Positions 29,859 to 39,919 of a stretch of 56,985 nucleotides of DNA are shown here, piece after piece (positions within the stretch are counted from its first letter, which is position 1; the number at the start of each line of letters is the position of its first letter). Origin of the DNA: Candidatus Nanohalarchaeota archaeon (GTDB lineage Archaea; Nanohalarchaeota; Nanosalinia; Nanosalinales; Nanosalinaceae); contig JALDAN010000001.1 of the NCBI GenBank assembly GCA_022729355.1, positions 1 through 56,985 on the forward strand, in the 5' to 3' direction. The notes under the pieces were generated by a model. The model was not told the DNA's origin. It made no database searches and saw only the letters and a program-made list of their open reading frames with translations. Made by a program: the position numbers and the translations under genes.

Positions 29859-30413
29859 ATGGCAAAGGCTGTACTGCAGAAAAACTGGTATGAAGTTCAG
29901 GCGCCAAGCATTTTCGATGAAGATGTTGTCGTCGAGACACCTGCCGAGAAAGAATCACAGGTAGTCGGCAGAACCGTTAAAGAAGACTTAAACGACCTAA
30001 TGGATTCAACAGACAAATACTACGCAGACGTAACTCTGAATATCACAGATGTTGAAGGGAACAAAGCCTTCACAGAGATCAGTGAGATGAGTGTTTCAGC
30101 AGAATATGTCTCAAGAATGATCCGTGAAGGAAGTGACAGATTCGACCACGTAGTCGACGTCACAACAGCAGACGACAGACAATTAAGGATCAAGATAGTA
30201 GGCGCAACACTTAGAAGAACAAGCTCAAAGAAGCTTACAGCAGTCAGAAACAAGATTAAGGAAATTCTGAACGAGAAAGGTGAGGAACAGGCCTACGAAG
30301 AACTGATGGAGAATATTTTCACAGACAACATCCAGGAAGAACTCAGAGACGAAGCAGACCAGATCTACCCATTCAGACAAATGGAGATCCGGAAAACAGA
30401 ACTGAGAGAATAA
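29859..30413 (+). CDS. rps3ae: 30S ribosomal protein S3ae
   Basis: KNWYEVQAP..F, GRTV, IYPFRQMEIRK. Confidence 0.93.
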   Translation: MAKAVLQKNWYEVQAPSIFDEDVVVETPAEKESQVVGRTVKEDLNDLMDSTDKYYADVTLNITDVEGNKAFTEISEMSVSAEYVSRMIREGSDRFDHVVDVTTADDRQLRIKIVGATLRRTSSKKLTAVRNKIKEILNEKGEEQAYEELMENIFTDNIQEELRDEADQIYPFRQMEIRKTELRE

Positions 30414-30505
30414 GGTACAAACACTTCCAAATATATTTTTATAGAATTTCTCCAGAGAATAAGGCCTTAAAAAAGGCCTTTCAACTTATATCAACAAAGA
30501 CTCTG

Positions 30506-30579
30506 GGGCCGGTAGCTCAGTCTGGCAGAGCGCTTGGCTCTTAACCAAGAGGTCGCGGGTTCAAATCCCGTCTGGCCCA
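30506..30579 (+). tRNA. tRNA-Lys(CTT)
   Basis: Cloverleaf GGGCCGG/CTGGCCC; anticodon arm CTTGG-CTCTTAA-CCAAG; TTCAAAT loop; no encoded CCA. Confidence 0.95.
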
Positions 30580-30710
30580 TAGTCAATTTTTTCAGTTTGA
30601 ATTATTATTTTGTATTGGTGTTTTGACGAATAATTAGCTAAATAACTGTTTTATTTTTATTCTAGTGCTTTTAGTCTATTATATAAAGATAGAAAATCAT
30701 TTGAAGCTTT

Positions 30711-31469
30711 ATGATATTTGAAAATGATCAAATAGATGTTTTAGCAGTAGATAACAGACAAGATATTCTTGAATTATCTAAGCTCGTACTTGAAAATGTC
30801 GAAGATGATATAAGCGTAGATACGACAGTAAATCCTGAAGAAGGCCTGGAATGGCTTGAAGAAGGATTTTATGATGCAGTTCTTTCGGATTACAATATGC
30901 CTGTAATGGATGGAATTGAGTTCCTTGAAGAAGTGAGAAATATTGATGAGGATCTTCCCTTTATTCTATACACAGGGAAAGGATCTGAGGAAGTTGCAGC
31001 GGATGCAGTAGGCCACGACGTAACCGATTACTTCCGGAAAGAGGCCGGCACAGAACATTACGAGCTAATTGCTTCACGCATAGTAGATGCCGTTGAAAGC
31101 TACAGAAAAGATCAGGAAATGGAGATATTCGAGTCAATAGTGGAGCACTCTGACAACCCTGTTGTAGTGACTGATGCCGATTCCAGTATACTTTATGTGA
31201 ACGAGGCCTTTGAGGAAGTGACAGGATACAGTCTAGATGAAATAAGAGGAGAGAACCCCTCCATACTGAACTCCAGAGAACATGGCGCAGAAACATTTGC
31301 GGAGATGTACGATGCACTTGAAGACGGAGAAGTATTTGAGATAGAGAACATGACAAACGTTGATAAAAGTGGAGATGCTTACAGACATGACCAGAGACTG
31401 ATCCCTGTACATAGAAATGGCGAAGAACCGGAATTCTATGCAGCAGTATCTACAGTCAAAGAAGAATAA
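30711..31469 (+). CDS. Receiver + PAS domain protein without output domain
   Basis: SDYNMPVMDG, TGKGSEEVA (REC); YVNEAFEEVTGYS.DE..G.NPSIL (PAS). Confidence 0.88.
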   Translation: MIFENDQIDVLAVDNRQDILELSKLVLENVEDDISVDTTVNPEEGLEWLEEGFYDAVLSDYNMPVMDGIEFLEEVRNIDEDLPFILYTGKGSEEVAADAVGHDVTDYFRKEAGTEHYELIASRIVDAVESYRKDQEMEIFESIVEHSDNPVVVTDADSSILYVNEAFEEVTGYSLDEIRGENPSILNSREHGAETFAEMYDALEDGEVFEIENMTNVDKSGDAYRHDQRLIPVHRNGEEPEFYAAVSTVKEE

Positions 31470-31973
31470 TCAGAAATCCTTCGCCTTCTCCACTTTAGGC
31501 CTCGCATAAATATTGCAGTAGGCGTCTTCTGGATTTTTCTCGAAGTAGTCTTGATGCTTTTCCTCTGCCTTCCAGAAATCTTCAAGAGGCCTGACTTCAG
31601 TTACTATATCATCCTGATAGTTCTCTGATATGTCGTTGATGAAGGCCTCTACAGTTTTCTTCTGTTTTTCAGAGTTGTAAAGTATTATTGAGCGGTACTG
31701 GCTTCCTACATCCGGGCCCTGTCTGTCCTCCGTAGTCGGGTCATGTATCTTGAAGAATAACTCAAGTATTTTTTCCAGGCCTATTTGCTCCTCGTCATAC
31801 TGTATTTTGACGACTTCTGCGTGGCCTGTTTTCCCAGAGCAGACTTCCCTGTAAGTCGGATTACTGGTTTGGCCTCCAGAATATCCTGAGGTCACTTCTT
31901 TTACTGCTTCAAGCTGTTTGTATGCGGCTTCGATACACCAGAAGCATCCTCCACCGAGAACTATATAACTCAT
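31470..31973 (-). CDS. msrA: Methionine sulfoxide reductase A
   Basis: GGGCFWC, GHAEVV, HDPT, GSQYRS, AEEKHQDY. Confidence 0.96.
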   Translation of the reverse strand: MSYIVLGGGCFWCIEAAYKQLEAVKEVTSGYSGGQTSNPTYREVCSGKTGHAEVVKIQYDEEQIGLEKILELFFKIHDPTTEDRQGPDVGSQYRSIILYNSEKQKKTVEAFINDISENYQDDIVTEVRPLEDFWKAEEKHQDYFEKNPEDAYCNIYARPKVEKAKDF

Positions 31974-32028
31974 GTTAGAAGTTTAGGCCTCTGAATAAAA
32001 AAGAATGGATATGGTATGATCTGGCTTT

Positions 32029-32325
32029 TTATCTGAGTTCTTCGAGATACTCTGGATCATCCATTGATCTTTCGGCCTCAAGTATTGCCTCTGGTTCCTC
32101 ATCGAATACTCCCAGTGTGTTTGAAGCTCCGAATCTTCCTTCTCTGTATTCCAGTAAGTAGCTATCAGATTCTGAGTCTTCTTGTATGTATAGTTCGCTG
32201 GCATCTGATTGAAGCCATCTGGCAGTCTTGCCCGAATAGCTTGGTGCGGAGACCCATCCAGTCTCTGTAGAATTTATTGAAGGATTTGAATCTGTTTTAG
32301 AACCCGATTCTGCTGGTTTAGACAT
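32029..32325 (-). CDS. Hypothetical protein
   Basis: Acidic ORF co-oriented with neighbours. Confidence 0.5.
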   Translation of the reverse strand: MSKPAESGSKTDSNPSINSTETGWVSAPSYSGKTARWLQSDASELYIQEDSESDSYLLEYREGRFGASNTLGVFDEEPEAILEAERSMDDPEYLEELR

Positions 32326-32423
32326 TAGTTTATCCCTCCCAGGGTTTTATTCGTTAGAGCCAGTTTTAAACAGTTCCAAAAGCTTATATTGGGGCGATTC
32401 GATAAATAATGATAGATATTCCA

Positions 32424-33020
32424 TTAGCTTTCTTCGATGAAAGCATAGTTCCATGTAGGTTCTGGCGGGAAAGTCACTCCAAAACCAATATCGGTGTCTG
32501 GCAAGGTATTTTCTTCTATTTCTCTCAGAAATACTGACGCACATCGGCCTTTAATCTCTCCATGTACCTTTACTCCTCCACCAGGATGCATTCTATCAAC
32601 AGTTTGCAGTACCTCTTCCAGAGAACTTTCATTCAACTCTCCTGAATCAACCTTGCTTCCTGAATAACCTACTACTTCAGCACCTCCAAGCTGCTCTACA
32701 ATTGTCTCTGCATGACTTCTACCACCTTGGCTATAAATGATATGAACTGGATTTCTGGCATCTGAATTCTGAAAAACTTCCTCCAAACCATAAATATAGT
32801 CGCTGTAAAACTCCTGAAGAAAGAAATCTTTCCTATCAGCATCCTCCCAGTCCTTCTCGTAATTCTTGGCAGTCCAACCCGGATGAACCACAAAATTAAC
32901 ACTATCATAGATATTCTCACCCGAATACTTCTCCGCATTCACCAAAGTCTCAAACTCATACTTTGAACAAGGCGAATCCAAGACCTCCTCCAGACGATCA
33001 TCAATACAACCATGACCCAT
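32424..33020 (-). CDS. Hypothetical protein
   Basis: 198-aa acidic ORF with VVHPG and VHGE..GRC motifs. Confidence 0.6.
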   Translation of the reverse strand: MGHGCIDDRLEEVLDSPCSKYEFETLVNAEKYSGENIYDSVNFVVHPGWTAKNYEKDWEDADRKDFFLQEFYSDYIYGLEEVFQNSDARNPVHIIYSQGGRSHAETIVEQLGGAEVVGYSGSKVDSGELNESSLEEVLQTVDRMHPGGGVKVHGEIKGRCASVFLREIEENTLPDTDIGFGVTFPPEPTWNYAFIEES

Positions 33021-33044
33021 AAGTTGTTACTATAAAGTAAATAA

Positions 33045-33659
33045 TTAAATACTATTCTCTTCACTATTTTTTGTCGCTATAAAATTCATGAAAACGGGCT
33101 GCTCACCCTTCGTATCCGTTTTATCGATCCTATGGACCTTGAAATCTGAAAGCAGTTGTCGGGCCTCTTCATCAGTCATCGGATACTGGATTATAGAGGA
33201 ACCGTACTTCTCCCGTACGAAACTATCCTCACCTTCCTTCAAACCAAGGAAAAGCTCCCCACCAGACTTCAGAACTCTGGAAAGCTCATTGAAGGCCTCT
33301 TCCCGTTCCTCACCTTCAAAGAAGACCAATAACTGATTAGCCAGAACCCCGTCAAAGGCCTCGTCTTCAAATTCGAGATCTCTGACATCCATCACGTGAA
33401 AATCTCCATCCTTGTCTTCCGCCTGCTTTATCATATCCCTGGAAAGATCAACACCTGTCACGTCAAATCCTCTATCCGAAAGTATCTGTGCATCTCTTCC
33501 AGGCCCGCAACCGGCATCAAGAACTTCTCCGTTTTCCGGCAGTCTCTCAATGAAGGCCTCCAGCAACTGCAGATAAGACTTAGAGATGTTTTCCTCTGAG
33601 TAGTTTTCCGCGAACTCTTCAGCACCCTTTGAGTAGAATCTTGAGGCCTCTTCAGTCAT
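33045..33659 (-). CDS. Class I SAM-dependent methyltransferase
   Basis: VLDAGCGPG, GVDLS, FDGV, RVLKSGG. Confidence 0.92.
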   Translation of the reverse strand: MTEEASRFYSKGAEEFAENYSEENISKSYLQLLEAFIERLPENGEVLDAGCGPGRDAQILSDRGFDVTGVDLSRDMIKQAEDKDGDFHVMDVRDLEFEDEAFDGVLANQLLVFFEGEEREEAFNELSRVLKSGGELFLGLKEGEDSFVREKYGSSIIQYPMTDEEARQLLSDFKVHRIDKTDTKGEQPVFMNFIATKNSEENSI

Positions 33660-33879
33660 TATTCATCAGTCTCGAGTTTGAGTGACAGGTATCCAGTTCG
33701 AATATTTTCCTAACGGGTTTTCCAAAGGTTCGTGATATTTTAAAGGCTAATTCAAGCGATGGATCTCGTCTTTCCTTCTCTATCGATATCACTGTCTGCC
33801 TTGAAACCTCTAGCAATTTTGCTAGGTCTTTTTGGGTTAGACCTTTTTGTTTCCTGAATTTTCTAACTTTGTTTCTAAT
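33652..33879 (-). CDS. XRE-family HTH regulator with non-canonical (ATT/ATA) start, or start-lost pseudogene; not in the ORF track
   Basis: Hand translation: IRNKVRKFRKQKGLTQKDLAKLLEVSRQTVISIEKERRDPSLELAFKISRTFGKPVRKIFE...; GGAGG upstream; in-frame stop further upstream. Confidence 0.75.
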   Translation of the reverse strand: MRNKVRKFRKQKGLTQKDLAKLLEVSRQTVISIEKERRDPSLELAFKISRTFGKPVRKIFELDTCHSNSRLMNND

Positions 33880-33937
33880 TATTTTCCCCCTCCCCCGAGG
33901 TAAAGATCACTGCAAATTCATTCTCAATTTCTTTGCT

Positions 33938-35662
33938 TCAACTTCCGCAGGCCTTACATTCCAATATGTCTCGACTGAATTTCTGGGCAGCGTTTACACT
34001 TTTTTGGTAATATAGGCTTTTGACTCCTTTTTCCCAGGCCTGGATGTAGAGTTCATTGATGTCCTCCAAAGGCACTTCAGCCGGGTCTAGTGATATGTTA
34101 ATGCTTTGTGCTTGGTCAATGTATTCCTGTCTCTGAGCTGCCTGATTGATGATTGCCATCTGCGGTATCTCCGAGAAGGTCTTGAAAACTTCTTTCTCCT
34201 TATCCGTGAGAAAGTCAAGGTGCTGAACACTTCCGTCCTTCTGCGCGATGCTTTCCCAGACTTCTCTTTTGTCTTTTCCTCTTTCCTCCAGGATTGCCTT
34301 CAGGAACCTGTTTTTCTGCGTTGACTTTAATTTGGCTCCATCTCTGACGAAGTAATTGGCTTTCAATGGTTCGATGCTTGGGCTTACCTGGCCGAGGATG
34401 ATGCTGCTGGATTTAGTTGGTGCTACACTCATTGTTGTCGTGTTGCGTCTGCCATAACCTTCCAAGACCTCTGGTTCTCCGAATTTATCTGCGAGTTCCT
34501 CACTTGCTTTGTAACTTTTTTCCTTGATTGTCTGGAAGATCTGGCTGTTTTTGTTCATCGCCTCCATGCTGTCAAAGCTTATCATCTCGCTTTGAAGGTA
34601 GCTGTGCCATCCAAGAACACCGATTCCTATGGCTCTATGCCTTTTAGCAAATCTGACAGGCCTCTCCATGAACTGCGTTCCCTCTGCCTCTTCGATAAAT
34701 TCTTCCATTACAGCGTCAAGGAAGTAGGTAAGAGTTTCGACCGCATCGGTGTCTTTCCAATCATCATAATGTAATGCATTCATGCTGGAGAGACAGCAGA
34801 CAAAGCTTTCATCAGGGGTTGCAGGCAATGCTATCTCGGTACAGAGATTTGATGCATTGATCTTGTAATCTTTGTCCTTGTAGACTTGTGGCCTGCCGTG
34901 GTTCATATTTCCTCTGAAGATGATGTATGGCACTCCTATATTGATCCTGGTTTCTATTATCTCGGCCCAGGTCTCTCTTTTCTCTTCGTCGCCGTCAATC
35001 ATCTCCTGAAACCATTCGTCTCCGATGATGACTCCATAGTAGATATCCTGTACGGGATCGCCTTCTGTCTTGATATTCAGCCATTCATCGAGATCATCAT
35101 GCTCAACATCGATATATCCTGCGAACTGTCCTCTACGGGTTTCACCTTGGCTGATCACATTGATGGCTGTATCGAAAAGCTCAGTAAAGCTATAACTACC
35201 GTTGCTCTTGCCGTTGTTTGTGATTGGTGCTCCTCTAGGCCTTATTTCACCCATGTAACCGCTTGTACCTCCGCCCTGCTTGGTCATCTCGCCGACCTCT
35301 GCATGTGTGTAGAGGATACTTTCCATGTTGTCTTCCATGTAGCTTCCGAAACAGCTGATCGGAAGGCCTCTGTCAAGTCCGAAATTTGACCATATCGGGC
35401 TAGCAAGGCTGTAGTAACCCTGGCTCATGTATTCGTAGAACTTATCAGCAAAACCTTCTTCTTCCAAGATTTCCTCTGCTCTCTCAGCTATTTCCCGGAT
35501 TCTTTCCTTTGGGCTTGTATCTTCTAGAAGATACCCTTCTCTAAGGAATTCTTTGCTGTCCTCATTCAGCCAGTAAAACGGTTTTTGATGTTCTTCGTTT
35601 ACTTTCTCGAGTGCTTTTTCTGCTTCCTCTTTTTGGTCTAATACTTGGCCTGTATCCGACAT
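33938..35662 (-). CDS. nrdA: Class I ribonucleotide reductase alpha subunit
   Basis: ISCF, GGGT, RRGQFA, SNLCTE, CCLSS, APTKSSS, KSLYY, C-terminal CKAC. Confidence 0.95.
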   Translation of the reverse strand: MSDTGQVLDQKEEAEKALEKVNEEHQKPFYWLNEDSKEFLREGYLLEDTSPKERIREIAERAEEILEEEGFADKFYEYMSQGYYSLASPIWSNFGLDRGLPISCFGSYMEDNMESILYTHAEVGEMTKQGGGTSGYMGEIRPRGAPITNNGKSNGSYSFTELFDTAINVISQGETRRGQFAGYIDVEHDDLDEWLNIKTEGDPVQDIYYGVIIGDEWFQEMIDGDEEKRETWAEIIETRINIGVPYIIFRGNMNHGRPQVYKDKDYKINASNLCTEIALPATPDESFVCCLSSMNALHYDDWKDTDAVETLTYFLDAVMEEFIEEAEGTQFMERPVRFAKRHRAIGIGVLGWHSYLQSEMISFDSMEAMNKNSQIFQTIKEKSYKASEELADKFGEPEVLEGYGRRNTTTMSVAPTKSSSIILGQVSPSIEPLKANYFVRDGAKLKSTQKNRFLKAILEERGKDKREVWESIAQKDGSVQHLDFLTDKEKEVFKTFSEIPQMAIINQAAQRQEYIDQAQSINISLDPAEVPLEDINELYIQAWEKGVKSLYYQKSVNAAQKFSRDILECKACGS

Positions 35663-36645
35663 TAGAATATGTCACCTGCTGTAATTGATTTCGTGTTTTT
35701 GTTGTAAGTAGTAGATCTCTTGCTGAAGAAGTCGTTGTCTTTCGTCATCATAATGTCTTCATCGAACCAGCGTGTCTCATCCAGTTTATCCTCGTCTACA
35801 TCGAAGACCGGGTCGACATTGACATTTTCCAGACTCTGATTGAATCTCTCCTTGAGAAACTCGTCTATATACTCTCTCGGAAGGAAATCGAGTTCTCCTT
35901 CGCTGAAAATCCAATCCAGTATATCCTGTTCAGCTTCAAAAGCCCTTATACAGGCCTCCTGAACTTCTTCCTCGAATTCCTCATCGAATATATCTGGGTT
36001 TTCGTCTCTTATGGTGTTGACGAGTTCGACTCCGAAGAGGCCGTGAATCTGTTCCTCTTTGCTGGTGGCCTCTACAGCGTTAGAGATGCCTTTAAATTTT
36101 TTCTCGTACTTATCAAAGCTGGTCATAATCAAGAACTGGCTGAAAAGAGACACATGCTCTACAAAGGTACTGAACAACATTATGCTTTTCACATACTCCT
36201 GTCTATTATCGCCTCTGGCACCTTCAAGATAATCATCTAGGTATTCTATTCTCTTTTTCATAGCAGGTACTTCAGTTACCTCCTCAAAGTCCTCTGAAAT
36301 ACCTAGTATGTCTAGTAAATGACTGTAAGCATCCATATGTCTTACCTCGCTCTCTGCAAAAGTCATCCCAACACTTCCAATCTCGGCCTTGGGCATATCC
36401 TCATAGATTTCTGCCCAGAAAGTCTTGACACTGACCTCAATCTGAGAGATCGCCAACATAGTCTTCTTGATAACATTTCTTTCAACAGATGTTGTATTTA
36501 CCTTGAAATCCTGGACATCTCCAGAGAAATTGAATTCAGTATGCACCCAGTAACTATTCCTGATCGCATCCTTGTAATCAAGAAAGTCACTGTACTCATA
36601 GGGTTTCAATTTCGTACGTGGTTCAAAAATATCTCTGGTCGGCAT
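35662..36645 (-). CDS. nrdB: Class I ribonucleotide reductase beta subunit
   Basis: KPYEY, EVRHMDAY, EEQIH, DFF..RSTTY. Confidence 0.95.
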   Translation of the reverse strand: MPTRDIFEPRTKLKPYEYSDFLDYKDAIRNSYWVHTEFNFSGDVQDFKVNTTSVERNVIKKTMLAISQIEVSVKTFWAEIYEDMPKAEIGSVGMTFAESEVRHMDAYSHLLDILGISEDFEEVTEVPAMKKRIEYLDDYLEGARGDNRQEYVKSIMLFSTFVEHVSLFSQFLIMTSFDKYEKKFKGISNAVEATSKEEQIHGLFGVELVNTIRDENPDIFDEEFEEEVQEACIRAFEAEQDILDWIFSEGELDFLPREYIDEFLKERFNQSLENVNVDPVFDVDEDKLDETRWFDEDIMMTKDNDFFSKRSTTYNKNTKSITAGDIF

Positions 36646-36667
36646 ATCACCAACTGATTAGAAGTAT

Positions 36668-36715
36668 GTTATATATGTTGTGTAATATATATTTTACACC
36701 CACTACATGTTGTGT
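36668..36715. promoter_or_regulatory. Two NrdR-box-like operators flanking a TATA-like tract
   Basis: GTTATATATGTTGTGT (36668) and CCACTACATGTTGTGT (36700), 32 bp apart, upstream of nrdB. Confidence 0.6.
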
Positions 36716-36830
36716 TTTATACGTGAAAAGGTGTTACCTGCCAGTTGAAAAAGTACCGTAATTGAGATTTTATTGCCCTGGAATATTGATACAGAACAAA
36801 TAGATGAAGAATTTAGTTATTGGCTCTATT

Positions 36831-37196
36831 TCAAACTCTCGGCTCGAATTCAAGTGCTATGCCGTTAATGCAGTAACGGAGGCCTGTCTCTTCTTCCGGT
36901 CCATCCTTGAATACGTGTCCTAGATGTGCTTCACAGTTGCTGCATACTACTTCCGTTCTCTGCATCCCATGGCTCTTGTCAGGCTTCTCATTTACGTTTT
37001 CCGAGTTCAAGACATCGTAGAAGCTAGGCCATCCGCTTCCAGAATCATACTTGTGTTCCGATGAGAAAAGATTCTGACCACATTTTTTACAGGCGAAAAC
37101 ACCTTCCCTATCTTCTTCCAGGAGTTCCGAGGAGAATCTGGGCTCAGTGCCACACTCCTCAATCACTTTCCTCTCCTTCTCAGAAAGATCCGACAT
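36831..37196 (-). CDS. msrB: Methionine sulfoxide reductase B
   Basis: GTEP, CKKC, SGSGWPSF, RTEV.C..C.AHLGHVF.DGP, RYCING. Confidence 0.96.
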   Translation of the reverse strand: MSDLSEKERKVIEECGTEPRFSSELLEEDREGVFACKKCGQNLFSSEHKYDSGSGWPSFYDVLNSENVNEKPDKSHGMQRTEVVCSNCEAHLGHVFKDGPEEETGLRYCINGIALEFEPRV

Positions 37197-37242
37197 AGAG
37201 AAGAATTAGATATAGAATACTTTTACAGTTTATCATGTGCCA

Positions 37243-37560
37243 TCAAAGAGGCTTGTAGGCCTCGAACTCGACTTCAACGTACTCTGGCGCATCCTCCATA
37301 CAGGCCTCAGTCTCAAGAAGTATATCTCTTTCCTCTTCCGTAACGGCGTAATCCGTGTTATCTATGACATTTGTTGCCATCCTGTAGAGAGCCTCTGCAT
37401 TTCTGAAAGTTCTTTTAGTATTCCTTCTGTCAAGTGACCGGCCTACACTTCTCCAGTTGTTTATGACTTCTATTTTATCGTTGACTTCTTCGAGGCCTTC
37501 CATAAATTCCTGCATATGTTGTTTAGCGTGCCTTTCCTGTCTTTCTTTCTGATCGTCCAT
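37243..37560 (-). CDS. Hypothetical protein
   Basis: 105-aa acidic ORF divergent from tuf. Confidence 0.5.
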   Translation of the reverse strand: MDDQKERQERHAKQHMQEFMEGLEEVNDKIEVINNWRSVGRSLDRRNTKRTFRNAEALYRMATNVIDNTDYAVTEEERDILLETEACMEDAPEYVEVEFEAYKPL

Positions 37561-37728
37561 AGGAGGAGTGTTTAAATTTTGAAAATTTTTAAATCGTTGT
37601 GAGGCCTCCTGGCGTTAAGTTCTTACGGCTTTCTGGAGTCTCAGGAAAGGTACTTTTGTAGGCCACACACCCTTTTAAAGTTTGACGGTCTATTCGGGAA
37701 TTATACGCGTTAACAGGTGATACAAAAA

Positions 37729-39015
37729 ATGGCTGATAAACCACACATTAATCTAGTATTCATTGGACACGTTGACCACGGTAAGTCTACCACTATTGGA
37801 CGACTGCTTTGGGATACAGAAAACCTACCGGAAGAAGAGATGCGAAAGCTTGAGGATGCTGCTGAGGAAGCAGGTAAGGAAACATTCGGTTTCGCATTCG
37901 CTATGGACTCGCTTGAAGAAGAGCGTGAAAGAGGAGTTACAATCGACCTTGCTCACAAGGAATTCGATTCAGATAACTACTTCTTCACGATTATCGATGC
38001 TCCAGGGCACAGAGACTTCATTAAAAACATGATCACAGGGGCTTCACAGGCTGACGCTGCTGTTCTTGTCGTCGCTGCAGACGACGGAATCCAGCCTCAG
38101 ACAAAGGAGCACGCATACCTGGCAAAGACACTGGGAATCGACCAGCTTACAGTCGCAGTCAACAAGATGGATCTTGCAGACTACGGAGAAGATGGATACC
38201 AGGATATCAAGGACGAAGTCTCCCAGATGCTTGGAGGCGTAGGATACAACACAGATGAAATCAACTTCGTACCTATCTCCTCATTCGAAGGAGAAGGAGT
38301 CGCAGAACTATCCGACGAAATGGGCTGGTACGACGGACCAAGCCTACTTGAAGCACTTGACGAACTAGAAGAACCTGAAAAACCTATCGACCTAGACCTG
38401 AGAGTACCAATCCAGGACGTATACAAGATCTCAGGAATCGGAGCAGTAACAGTCGGAAGAGTAGAAACAGGAGAACTTGAACAGGGAGACAACATCAAGT
38501 TCGAACCTGCATCAACACGACTGAACCAGAACATAGGTGGAGAAGTCAAGACCATCGAAATGCACCACGAAGAAGTAGAACACGCAACACCTGGAGACAA
38601 CATCGGATGGAACACAAGAGGAGTCGGACAGGACGACGTCAAGAAAGGAGACGTAGCAGGACCTTCCGACAACCCACCGACAGTAGTCGAAAGCTTCGAA
38701 GCACAAATCATCGTACTTAACCACCCAAACGTCATCTCCGAAGGATACACACCAGTATTCCACGTCAACACAGCACAGGTTTCATGCACCTTCAGTGACC
38801 TGAAGAAGACCATGAACCCAAAGACAGGAGAGACAATCGAAGAAGACCCTGACTACATCAAGCAGGGACAGGCAGCAATCGTGGAAATCATCCCACAGCA
38901 GCCACTAGTCATCGAATCAAACGATGACAACCCACAGATGTCTCGATTCGCAGTCAGAGACATGGGACAAACAGTAGGAGCCGGACAGGCCCTATCCGTC
39001 ACAGAGAAGGAATAA
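37729..39015 (+). CDS. tuf: Elongation factor EF-1alpha
   Basis: [38 protein letters not shown]; GGTGA upstream. Confidence 0.98.
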   Translation: MADKPHINLVFIGHVDHGKSTTIGRLLWDTENLPEEEMRKLEDAAEEAGKETFGFAFAMDSLEEERERGVTIDLAHKEFDSDNYFFTIIDAPGHRDFIKNMITGASQADAAVLVVAADDGIQPQTKEHAYLAKTLGIDQLTVAVNKMDLADYGEDGYQDIKDEVSQMLGGVGYNTDEINFVPISSFEGEGVAELSDEMGWYDGPSLLEALDELEEPEKPIDLDLRVPIQDVYKISGIGAVTVGRVETGELEQGDNIKFEPASTRLNQNIGGEVKTIEMHHEEVEHATPGDNIGWNTRGVGQDDVKKGDVAGPSDNPPTVVESFEAQIIVLNHPNVISEGYTPVFHVNTAQVSCTFSDLKKTMNPKTGETIEEDPDYIKQGQAAIVEIIPQQPLVIESNDDNPQMSRFAVRDMGQTVGAGQALSVTEKE

Positions 39016-39029
39016 ACTCCTTCTAAACC

Positions 39030-39061
39030 GGAGGCCTCCAAGGCCTCCACCCTCCTTTTTT
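39030..39061 (+). terminator. Putative terminator hairpin of two AGGCCT units
   Basis: GGAGGCCT-CCA-AGGCCTCC followed by a T tract after tuf. Confidence 0.5.
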
Positions 39062-39173
39062 CCATTTATCCAATTTCTAACTAGATTATTTTTCTGCTTG
39101 AGAAAGTATGATTTCTCCTTGAGGCCTCCTTGCTTAATACCATTTAAAAGAATTGGCTGGAGATATGTTTTGT

Positions 39174-39482
39174 ATGCAAGAAGCACGTGTAAAGCTTAGA
39201 AGTACTGAGCAAGATAAAGTAGATGAACTTGCTGATGAAATACTTGAAATAGGAGACGAGTACGGCGCCAATGTTTCAGGGCCTGTACCTCTTCCAACTG
39301 ACAGGATGCACATTTCAACCAGGAAAGCTCCTGACGGCGAAGGAAGTTCAACGATTGAACGCTACGACATGCACGTCCACAAAAGACTTGTCAGCCTCAT
39401 GGACAGCGAAAGAGCTTTGAGACAGGTCATGCGTGTACACGTTCCGGAAGGCGTAGAGATCGAAATCGAGCTAAAGGAATAA
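39174..39482 (+). CDS. rps10: 30S ribosomal protein S10
   Basis: SGPVPLPT, RKAPDGEG, HKRL, VEIEI. Confidence 0.96.
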   Translation: MQEARVKLRSTEQDKVDELADEILEIGDEYGANVSGPVPLPTDRMHISTRKAPDGEGSSTIERYDMHVHKRLVSLMDSERALRQVMRVHVPEGVEIEIELKE

Positions 39483-39511
39483 ATCCATTTACATCTACAT
39501 CATCTTTTCTT

Positions 39512-39868
39512 ATGGAAGATCAAGTGTTCAACGAATACGGTAAAGTTGAACACTATCAATCAACTGTAGACCTAGAAAATAATCTTCAGGTCAAAGTACA
39601 GGTTTTTACAGTATACCATGATTCAACCGGAGACCTAGAAGAAGGGTTCCAGATGATCAATTATACTTTCAGCAGGGATGCAACCAGAGGCCTTGAATCT
39701 TTCCGATCAAGATCAAACGAATTCACTGATTACGATTTTTATCCTGTAATCGGAGATCACAGAGGGCCTGTAGAGGCAACTTTGATGATAGACACTGACG
39801 ACCGTGTAGAGGCCTCAAGAATTGCCGAAAAACTTCTGCAAGAAGTACATGAAGAGATAGGCCTGTAG
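39512..39868 (+). CDS. Hypothetical protein
   Basis: 118-aa ORF between rps10 and tRNA-Ser. Confidence 0.55.
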   Translation: MEDQVFNEYGKVEHYQSTVDLENNLQVKVQVFTVYHDSTGDLEEGFQMINYTFSRDATRGLESFRSRSNEFTDYDFYPVIGDHRGPVEATLMIDTDDRVEASRIAEKLLQEVHEEIGL

Positions 39869-39919
39869 GTGTAGAGGCCTCTGTTAATTTAAAGCTTCCA
39901 ATCTGATCCGTATGTATAT

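Noticed and set aside
33045-33659. Methyltransferase as the writer of the AGGCCT mark
   Set aside because: Small-molecule class I type; lacks the PC or DPPY/SPPY motifs of DNA methyltransferases
38181-38813. Long Ser-rich antisense ORFs (also 14029-14508, 40764-41252, 55665-56168 and others)
   Set aside because: Shadow frames of Glu/Asp-rich sense genes
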